DNA from: Hydrurus foetidus
Taxonomy: Eukaryota
Reading direction: 5' to 3'
Assembly: GCA_900617105.1 (NCBI GenBank)
Contig: UYFQ01000693.1
Coordinates: 1-54,914 of the forward strand
Length of the DNA: 54,914 nucleotides
The notes below the pieces were generated by a model, which did not search any database, was not told where the DNA came from, and saw only the letters and a list, made by a program, of their open reading frames with translations. Below, in pieces: positions 45,457-54,914 of the stretch. Position 1 is the first letter of the stretch. The number at the start of each line of letters is the position of its first letter. The position numbers were made by a program, and so were the translations under genes.

Positions 45457-48400
45457 ATGGGTATTCACGGTCTCATGAAGCTCATCACAGAGGAGGCACC
45501 TCAAGCCTTAAAAGAAAAAGAGATGGAGAATCTTAATGACCGCAAGGTCGCCATTGACGCCAGTATGGCAATCTACCAATTCTTAGTTGCAGTGCGTAGC
45601 TCTGGGCCAAGTGGAGGAGGGGGTGCTTCAATGCAATTAACGAACGAGGCTGGTGATGTAACATCTCACATTCAGGGAATGTTCAACAGAACCATTAAAA
45701 TGATGGAAAGTGGTGTGAAACCGGTGTATGTCTTCGATGGCAAACCGCCGCAGATGAAAGGGGGGGAATTGGCGAAGAGAATTGCGAAGCGCGCCAAGGC
45801 AGAAACCGATTTGTCAGCTGCTACAGAGGCTGGTGATGCTGATGAAATAGATAAATTCTCAAGAAGACTCGTCAAAGCAACAAGACAGCACAGTGAGGTC
45901 GATTTAGACATCATTTGATCACTCCCCTTTGTGAGTTGGACTCTCAACATACTTTTCATCGATTATAGGAGTGTAAGGAGCTTCTGGCCCTCATGGGTGT
46001 TCCTTTCGTAAATGCACCTTGCGAAGCAGAGGCACAATGTGCGGAGCTTGCGGAGAAGGGGAAGGTGAAAATCTGTTTAAAATTTGATCGAAGGAGTTGT
46101 GTCGGTGGAATTTACTTCTTTTATCGATGAGGAGTTATCCTCCCCGTTATTGACATCTACAGTCCATCTCCGTGACTACTCTCCGTGTCAATTCTCATCA
46201 TACTGTCCAGTAATCATCTGAGGCGGCAAAACATACTGCAGGTATACGCTACAGCCACGGAGGATATGGATGCACTGACATTTAGAACGCCCAAACTACT
46301 TCGAAGATTTACGTCAAGTCAGGGCAAGGAAAAGCAGCCGATTATTGAAGTTGACTTCGCAGTGATGCTTGAGGGTGAGAATCGATGTCAAGATTGCAAT
46401 TGGCCACACTTTCACCTGCCGATTTATTTTATCTACATATGCAATTCACCGACAAGTCATACGCAAACTGCAATCTTCATACCTTCAGGCCTAGGACTGA
46501 CATATGTTCAGTTCGTTGACTTATGTATCCTGTGCGGTTGCGACTACTGCAGTGCCATTAAAGGTACGACATGCAACTCACTGTATGAGAATTCTTCCGA
46601 GGAATGAACTCAGAAGATCCAATTACTTTGCAAACGTTCTTCTGATATTATTTTTCTTTTCACCAGGAATCGGCCCAAAGACCGCTTTACGACTTCTGAA
46701 AATCCATGGCAATTTGGAAAATATTGTGGCTGCTCTCAAGAAGGTAAATACATTGCACTTCTGTTACACACACCTCAATTTGCTACTACTTTCCTTTGCA
46801 CACGAAATTCACAAATAATAGTCACGATTGGGACGTGTGACGCACTTACCAACCTGTGTCTGACATACACAATCTGCTGCTGTATGAAATGTAGGAAAAG
46901 AAGTACGAGATTCCACCGGACTGGCAAACAATCAAGGTTTCTAAGAGAGCTCGTATACAGGTATGTCATCGTGTTGCAATGGTAGTCATGCTTTCACTAC
47001 TACTGAGCGCATCTTGTAACTCTGCCATTGTTGATAGTTTTGTCAGTTTCCTGTAGCTGCCTCCACTATCTACATCAATGGATGTCATCAAGTCAATTCA
47101 TCCCATTTGGAGACGCGTGTATATCGGCACACTTCAAAGTTTTTTTTCGCGATGTCTCTCTTCTGACTCTCGCATCGACTTCAACTTTTGGCTTCTGACT
47201 TGAAAGGCTGAGGAGGAAGCCGAAGCCGCAAGACTGGTTGCAGTCGCCAAGGCCGCAGCAATAGAGGAGGCGAAGAGCTCCTCACATGCGTCATCTGCAT
47301 CTCCATCCTCTTCTTCCTCCCACGCTGCATCAACTGGTGAGGATGCTGATGCTGCTGTAGGTAGTACAGGTGACAATCTGAATCAATTGGACTCTCAATT
47401 TTATCATGTTGTGCAATGGTGTGGTGCATTATACTTTTCATACTCACTTCCTCTCAATGCTGCTACGACATCTTTGATTCTTTTATACAGCGGGAGAAGA
47501 AATGTTGTCAGCAGTTCCTGATGACTCAGCAGTGACCCTAGAGGCAGCACAAGGGGAGGAAGCAGAGAAGGGAGAGGGAGAGGGGGAAGGAGACGGGGAG
47601 GAGCCTTTTGCAGATCCTCTAGCCGCTGAGATGGCGGAAGATAAGGAGGAGAAAACTGATCTTGAAGCGCCTGCCGCAGTCGCAGAAACTGTTGTAACCT
47701 CTTCGGAAGAATCAGTAAAAACGGTATCCAAACATCGCATGTCCTACTCAAGACAATACTTTTCTCTGTCATGGAAACTAATTACCTTATATGTATTTGT
47801 TTTTGCAGGCGGAGGAAGCAGAGGTCGAGGATGGAATATTGCACATGGTAACAGCAGGGGACGATGGACTAGAGGACGAGCTCGAAACAATTGAACCTCT
47901 GTAAGTGAACAACTTAATGAGACCGTTACTCTCTTTCTGGTCGTTTACTTAGCTATCAGAACGACATGAGACATCATATCAAAGGCTCCTTTTAAAGCAT
48001 TCGTCTGATCCTATGTCACCTCCTCCTTCCTTGCGCTATTATGTTGCTTCTCTTATCTTATCTTATCTTCTCCTCACTTCGCTTTTATTCGCTTTTCTTC
48101 TCTTCACTTCACTCCTCTACCCTAAGTCATCCTCAGCTTAACATGCTCTCTCACGCACCTTATTTTGTCGCATTTGTTGTTTTATCTAGAAATTCTTCTC
48201 TGTACTATTTTCAATCATCTCCAGCTCCTTTTCCCCTCTGCTTTTTGCCACTCCATTTAACTCTGTTCCTTTCATAATAAACAGATATGTACAGGCTCGA
48301 CTTCTCTTTCTCCAAGCTGACGTCACACCCGCAGAAGGCGTAGGTACGAGTCAACAATGCACTTCAATGTTGTGTGTCAGTGATAAAGTGACACAGTCAT

Positions 48401-48868
48401 GTAGTGTACGTCACCTTAGTACCTCTTCGTTTCTTTTCTTTTCTTTTCTTCTCGACAAATTGTCCGCCTTTTCAAATAGAGCTAAAATGGGAGGAGCCTA
48501 AAGAGGAGGAATTGAGAAAGTTCCTAGTGGAGAGAATGGGATTTAATCCAGATAGAGTTACCACTGGAATTCTTAAATTGCAAACAGCTCATAGAAAGAA
48601 GTCACAGAAAAGAATGGACAGGTACGGTATTGATTGCTGCTGTATTAAGTGCGTCATTCAGCTTTCTCCTTCTTTGCCTCCTCGAACCTTCTTCCTTACC
48701 TGCCACACAACTTGTCACAGTTTCTTCACGTCAACAGGCATGACTGCATCAAGCACATCGTTGAAAAGAAAAGCGGAGGATGCAGCAGGAAAAGGGGCCA
48801 ATAAAAAGGGGTCAAAAGCCGCCCCCCCTAAAAAGGCCGGATCCAAACCAGGCCCGAAAAAAAGATGA
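45457..48868 (+). CDS. FEN1: Flap endonuclease 1 with a long acidic insertion, multi-exon
   Basis: [86 protein letters not shown] box QKRMD|SFF and a basic tail. Confidence 0.97.
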
Positions 48869-50002
48869 ATTCACTTTTTGACCCTGTCCAATCCGATCTG
48901 ACCCGACTCCACCTAACCTTGACTTTTAAGGAACATCCACTGCCAACGTTACCTTTTTAGACGGAACCAATTATTTTGTGTAATCTATCAAATTTTATCG
49001 TCCTCTCACTTGATTTTTTTCATTTTTAAGCACTAACAGATTCAATTTTAGAAGTCTCTTCAGCACCCTCGCGGAATTCATTTCCAGAATGAACAGTGCT
49101 GCATTTTCTCCATTTTCTTGGCGCTGAATTTTTCTCCACTCCACCGGGACGCCTCAATTGCGCTGATTAACTTACCATGATTTCCTTCTACAGTCCCTTC
49201 CCCTTCGAATATCATAAGATTGTCTATTAAAACAGGTGAGAAGTCGGAGTTTGAGCAGAATTTTTATGAAAAATGAAAAGTGTTTTTTCAGAGGAGATAG
49301 AGCTGGATATGTAATCTTCTTCCCATAATTGTCTGAAAGCACTTGGGAAAATATAATCATATTCATAGATAACAAAAACGCACATGCGTATTGTTCGGAT
49401 TCAGCCTACACAGATGGTATTGGTAAACAGAAATAATTTGAGTACATTATATCCAGACTAAAAAAGATTACGACCTCATCAATTAGACGCTAAATCTAAT
49501 TCTACAAGAGCCTTTGATGCAAGCTATATACACGAAGCAGTTAACCCCCAAGAAGTGACTAATTGGCCACGAAGTGAACCAGTAAGCGCAGTGTCCTCTT
49601 CATAGTATATTTTGGACCAAAATTCTGAATATCCCAAGTTCCACCGACTCCCACTTCAATTTGGCTCCCCATCAAATCGAAGGCGATAATGGCCACAAAA
49701 ATGATATCAGTAAACTTATCAATTAAGAGAAGTTGTCAGCAGGGAAGACGGAATAGACCCTAAATACTAAATACCATAGGAAGGTACGTACGTTCTACGT
49801 TTTAGAAACACTTCAACGAAAAATAGATCGTTCGCATGAAAAATTCTGCAAATTCGTCCCATGAAAAAGTCTCCTGAAAACTTCACGTACGTTTACTATA
49901 GTGCTCCATGTTGGACTTCTGGATCGCCTTCAATGGGTTGACGCTGCTATAAGGCACTCAGAATATTTTTGATGAGTAGAAGCTGTCCGATTCTTTTCGA
50001 GA

Positions 50003-51439
50003 ATGGGGCAACTAGTGATTTGTATTCTCTTTTTCAGCGGATTCATAATGCCTTCGCGCGGCGGCTCACTTCGTAGTTTGAGCACACCGATGAGGGGATT
50101 AGACTTTCCAGAATTATTCGCAACAGAACAATGTGCTGATTTCACCATATTTGCAGGTCATTCTATATCGTTTGGAGGGCCGAGAACGTCAATTTTAACA
50201 GGATCCGTCGCCACATCGCCAGGAATTTCCATCGGCGGTAATTATCAGCTCATCAGCGGCGTGGCATTGAAAGGCACCCCCGAAGCAGCCGAGTGCGCTA
50301 ATGATTTCGATCATGTAATGAGTGACGCATCCAATGCAACGTGCACGGCAGCGAACACGCTAAAAAATCCTAAATTACGAGGACTTCGACTGCTTCCAGG
50401 CGCGTACTGTGCAAATTCGACGATGTTCCCGGCGTGCACAGTCATTTTGGATGGATGCAACAAGTCAAGCCCTCAGTGGCTTTTCCAGTCAGCAGCAATA
50501 CTCGTTATCTCCAACTTGACATCATTCGATCTTATCAACGGTGCCACATCAAATAATGTTTATTGGAAAATTGGTTCAAGTCTTGCTATAGGGTACAACA
50601 GCAAATTGATCGGAATAATCTTGGCTCAGGATTCGATACATTTTGGTAGCGGTGCTCTCCTAGTTGGTCGTGCGATGGCAAAAAAGTCAGTTTATTTTGA
50701 TGGAGGTTCATCATTGGCAATGTCAGTATCGCTATCAACATATTCGCCCTCAGCTGCTCCGACACCCCCCCTCACGGACATACCTACCGCCAGACCTTCA
50801 ACATATCCAACTTTCGCTGTGAGAAGTCCGACACCTGCACCAACAATTGCGAAATTCTTGCGAATTGAAGTTTTACAAGTTGTCAATGGTATCGCCATAC
50901 AAGACGCTGGGTCAGAAGCATTTCAGGATGCCTTTCAGGAAAGTGTTGCTCAAACCATATCTCTTCCACTTCAGGATATTAATATAACCGTCATTGAAGC
51001 GTATTTCACTTCACGGGGGGACACTTTGGTCGCAAACGCTTCAGCGATTAATGTGATGTATACTGTCGAAGTGCCAAACGGGAACTCAACGGCGATAATA
51101 TCCATTTTAAGCAGCTCTAATTTCACTGTGGATGTGACGGCGTCATTGCAAAGACAAGGTTATGGGTACACTACAGCGACGAATGCTGTATTTCGTAATA
51201 CATCTCCAACCTACAGTCCAACAAATGCGCAGCAGAAAATTGACTACAGCAACGTGACAATAACAAGAATTGTAATCGGGAGCACGATTGGAGTGTTTGG
51301 AATATGTTTTATAAGTCTCTATTTTATCTACGCATCAAAGGGATGCAAGTCTGTTAGACCAGCTCTAGCAGTGAATGACGTCTGTTACTCTGATAATGTA
51401 TTATCTAATTATGAAATCAACAAACTTACATGTCAATGA
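50003..51439 (+). CDS. Intronless type I membrane protein with a DUF3494 (ice-binding-like) domain, Pro/Thr stalks, an SEA-like module and a TM helix
   Basis: Signal-like N-terminus. DUF3494 pattern FTIFAG..TGSVATSPG..L.G..L.PG.Y..VILDG..QWLFQ..LINGATSNNVYWKIGSS..GIILAQ.SI..G..L.GRAMA..SV.FD. Then PSAAPT/PTARPS/PTPAPT repeats, TM IVIGSTIGVFGICFISLYFIYA and a short tail. Confidence 0.88.
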   Translation: MGQLVICILFFSGFIMPSRGGSLRSLSTPMRGLDFPELFATEQCADFTIFAGHSISFGGPRTSILTGSVATSPGISIGGNYQLISGVALKGTPEAAECANDFDHVMSDASNATCTAANTLKNPKLRGLRLLPGAYCANSTMFPACTVILDGCNKSSPQWLFQSAAILVISNLTSFDLINGATSNNVYWKIGSSLAIGYNSKLIGIILAQDSIHFGSGALLVGRAMAKKSVYFDGGSSLAMSVSLSTYSPSAAPTPPLTDIPTARPSTYPTFAVRSPTPAPTIAKFLRIEVLQVVNGIAIQDAGSEAFQDAFQESVAQTISLPLQDINITVIEAYFTSRGDTLVANASAINVMYTVEVPNGNSTAIISILSSSNFTVDVTASLQRQGYGYTTATNAVFRNTSPTYSPTNAQQKIDYSNVTITRIVIGSTIGVFGICFISLYFIYASKGCKSVRPALAVNDVCYSDNVLSNYEINKLTCQ

Positions 51440-51947
51440 TAGTCATGAGAATAGAATATCATCCACTTGTTTTTGGGGATAACATGAATCATCACTCTCA
51501 TGTATAGTTCATTGAGAGGGATCATCTAGGAAAGTAGGGGGCATCATTGATAGCTGTCACTATATTGAATTCATATTTACGGTACTCTTTCGAAAATTTC
51601 GCACATTAGTGCCCAAGAAGAAAAAACTCCATCTAAGTAGCACCTAAAAAGAAATTTGTTAGGCTGGAGATTTTAACTTTTCAGTCTCGAACTTATTAGT
51701 TACGATTATGGTAATGTCAAGTACAGATCAGCTCACGAGATATGTAGCTTTGATGGACACAATTTCAGTACACTGAATGTTTATATCATGCGAGTTACTG
51801 TCATAATCAGGACTCACAAGTGAGCGTGCATACAGTTCTTGATGTGGTTGTCGTTTCCATTCAGTCAGTTGCATAATGCACTTAACTTCCCTCCCGTGGT
51901 ACCACCCGATAAAGTAATTTGGAATACAAGTGGCGACAGAAGAATCT

Positions 51948-52541
51948 CTACACAAACCCACGGCCTACCCCGTGTCCGCGACTTGATCCTCCTCTGCCAC
52001 CTCTTCCACCTCCTCTTCCTCCACGTCCACCTCGGCCTCCTCTAACGGGTTTGCCTGGCTTAGGTTGAATTCTACTTTGCGCATGCTTCGGTGTATCATC
52101 TATTAATAAGGTATCTAAATTCAAGCTGTCGGGGAGAATATAATAGCGTATGTTGTTTCCACGAATCGACAGGAAATCATGATTGACTGGATTTTTTCCT
52201 TTGATCGTAGCTTTCACATTTCGCAGATATGTATTCATAGAGACATCGACCCCTAAACGTGAAAAATGCGTGGTCCTATCAATGCTGGAAATTGCTCATT
52301 CGTTGATGCAACTGTAGAAATTATCTTTATTCTTTTAACCGTGCACGAAATTACCTGTCACAGTTCCTGATACTACGGTGCCGTTCTTCAGTTCAATTGT
52401 GACCGACTCATTGTTCAATTTCATCAGAAATCTGTCAGAATTTGTAATTATGCGGGTCGGACAGGCCATCAGAATAGATTGGATCAAGTTTAGATTGCAT
52501 GAATTTAAATGTTGTGCATGATCCTACCTGACGAGCTTCAT
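51948..52541 (-). CDS. SNRPD1: Small nuclear ribonucleoprotein Sm D1, three exons
   Basis: [66 protein letters not shown] with an RGG tail. Exons about 52541-52528, 52431-52354 and 52252-51948. Confidence 0.96.
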
Positions 52542-53107
52542 CTTTTTGACTTACGGATGGGAATAGATGCGGATGATGAAGCAAACAAATAATAAAGGTA
52601 GCCCAGCACGGCAAATTCCTCAGATAAATGTTCAACCAACGAAACTGTTGGAGGTGTTTGGTTTAAACTTCTATGAGGCAAAAGCATTGCAGGTGAGAGG
52701 CGATAGACGAGAGAGAGGAGAAGCTGTGAGAGGGATTAGTAACGGGCAGCTAAATATAAGAAGAAATAACATTTTTAATGAAATTTCGACTATTCTCTAG
52801 AACCGAACAGTTTTCTCGTTATTTTGGCATTTTACTCTCTCTTGCAGCTACCTATGACGAAGGCTTCATGGGCATAAGACTCATCACCATTGAAAATTTT
52901 CTTATTTGCAGAAAAGTCAGATAAATTATAAATTCATCTTTCCATCTTCTGAATTCTCCTCGAAAAATGGACCACACCGTAAATGCACATCGCGGAGACT
53001 TAAGTCTAGATGGCGAAAGTAATAAAATGAACCTGTTATCGCGGATGTTGTATTCTGTTGTGCTGCACTGAACATCTTTTGAACGACTAATCGATCCATA
53101 GCTATAC

Positions 53108-53535
53108 CGTCTAGTCCCATATGTTTGGTAAAAAAAATGGTAATAGGCCATTTGACCACACTCAAAATCACCAAAAAATAATTTCACCGAAAAACTATCT
53201 TCATCAATATTCAGAATCATGAAGAGTTAGCTATCAATTCAAATTCAGCACAATTATTTAAGATATATGGCATATTTGAAATTTGTCAAAATAATTTTGC
53301 GGAGTGCAATATTGCGGTCCCCAAGTACTGAACATGTCAAAAATGGTGCGCTAAGCAGCCATTAGCAACTAAACCATAATCGGACATGCGATTCGACTAT
53401 ATATGATTTTGTGTGGAATTTCATGGGGCATGCGATGCGCGAATAATTCCCTAACTTTTCTTCATTATTGCACTTGGTATACTCGAAAAACAGTCATTTT
53501 GACAAAACCGTTTACCAAACATATGGGACTAGACG
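53108..53535. mobile_element. Non-autonomous TIR element remnant
   Basis: Perfect 25-bp inverted repeat CGTCTAGTCCCATATGTTTGGTAAA (53108-53132) / TTTACCAAACATATGGGACTAGACG (53511-53535) around AT-rich non-coding DNA; no clean TSD. Confidence 0.55.
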
Positions 53536-53659
53536 TTCTCTTTCTCTACACGGTCTCAATCCTCTTGGTGGTAATGGCGTACGTACAGGTCGGAACGTAT
53601 TCACTCCCGTCAGGTTTTTTCTCGATTTGTACATACCGTACGTGCGCCATTTAAAATAA

Positions 53660-54914
53660 TGTCCGTACTTACGTACGTGCTGCCTGGCATGCTCTCCGTA
53701 AGTACTTACGAACGTACTCAGATGCCTCGTCCGTACATCACTAAAGACGTCCGTGCACCCCTAGAAGCTGTCCGCACAGGGTGGAACGTACTGTAGCCTT
53801 ATTGCATTCCTAAGGGAATACAATGTGTCTAGGTTAACTAGGTACAATAGGTATATTACGCTCAGATTCCACTTTTAGGTCTTAGTTCCACATATGACGT
53901 GAATGCACTTAGCGTACACATCACTTGTATATACTCAACTGTAAGATACTAACACAAGTCTATTCCACCGACTCTCGACTTTGCCTTCGTTTGCCCACGC
54001 CTTCCGTCCTCCGCTTTCTCAAACTTCGCCTCCCGTCCTAGGCCCGCCGTCAAACCTAATATCGATATTCGGTCTTCACTGAAGTTTCCTCCGAGAAAGT
54101 TTTCTCTTTTCCGACTTTTTGTCTTCGACTCCTCCAGCTTAAACCATCACGTCAAAGTTATGGCTCTACGCCGCCAAGACAAAAGACATCCTCCATCAAC
54201 GCCCTTCGGCGGAAGCAGCAACCTCGTGCTGTAGCCGTCGCGTTCCGACAACGCTATGACGACCATCACAATCGTAGTGGAGACGCGGAGTCTCCTGGGC
54301 CACCTGCGGCTCAGGACCCCGCCGGCGACCTGTTTGCACCGATTCCTCAGCGGATTTCGGAGCCTGCGGTCATGTCTGTCATTGATATTCCTGTCATTTC
54401 GGCGTTATCTGCTTTGTCATTGCAGCCAGCTTCGGCTGTGACACCGGCACTTCGGTTGCGATACCAGCTTCGGCTGCGATACCGGATTCAAATGCGACAC
54501 CAGCTATTGCTGAGAATCCTATTCAAGGACGATGGCACCACCCAGCAATATGTGCAGACGGGTGAGAGAGCTCCTAAGTTGAGCGCCTTGCCCTCTCGTC
54601 AGGAAGTACTACGGGTAATGGAAGTCCTCCTTTCAAGTGGAACTCCATTTAAACCAGTTGACGTAGTCCGTGTTTCCAACCATCAATCGTTTACAACGCT
54701 ACTCCAGTAATGAAGTTTGCCACTGATCCCGATCGTCGCGACTCCTGTAACAATTGGAATCATTGGTCGAATCAATTGTTCTGAAGAGAACTCAATCTCA
54801 CAGTTCCTACATCAGCTGTCAATCGAACTGACAAGCTGAGTTTCATTGAAACTGTCTCAGGTCGCACTTCAATTCGACCTGAAGGATAAATCAGTGGAAG
54901 ACAAGACAGATCCA
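53660..54914 (+). pseudogene. Possible decayed retroelement 5' region (LTR/leader-like segment plus disrupted gag-like frame)
   Basis: TACGT-rich segment, then a pyrimidine-rich leader, then intron-free coding-like sequence with 18-bp repeats (PASAVT/PASAAI/PDSNAT) broken by frameshifts and stops, running off the window. No diagnostic motif seen. Confidence 0.3.

Noticed and set aside
52852..53659. Short ORFs sharing YQTYGTRR / TKHMGLD peptides on opposite strands
   Set aside because: Produced by the 25-bp inverted repeat; not evidence of protein-coding genes.

Overview
Gene-dense, intron-rich eukaryotic nuclear DNA, probably from an alga with a complex red plastid (ochrophyte, possibly chrysophyte-like). 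This is inferred from a signal+transit presequence on riboflavin synthase, a signal-peptide-bearing proteasome alpha homologue and a DUF3494 gene. In order: 3' part of a Ty1/copia retrotransposon (RT-RNase H, 3' UTR, PPT, LTR); LARP4-like gene; riboflavin synthase; an NT-C2/coiled-coil/UBA gene (-); TRM11; MAP65/PRC1; a giant kinesin-4-like gene (-) with about 27 tandem coiled-coil repeats; MED7 (-); proteasome alpha-like; FEN1 with a long acidic insertion; an intronless membrane-anchored DUF3494 protein; SmD1 (-); and a decayed possible retroelement at the right end. There are also four MITE-like inverted-repeat elements. Best leads: (1) four covarying bulged-A RNA hairpins in the copia 3' UTR; (2) the kinesin stalk built from recently duplicated phase-1 exons; (3) a tethered ice-binding-type protein lacking the usual Thr residues; (4) a run of hairpins in the NT-C2/TRM11 divergent intergenic region. 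All calls and exon boundaries were read by eye; no searches were run.
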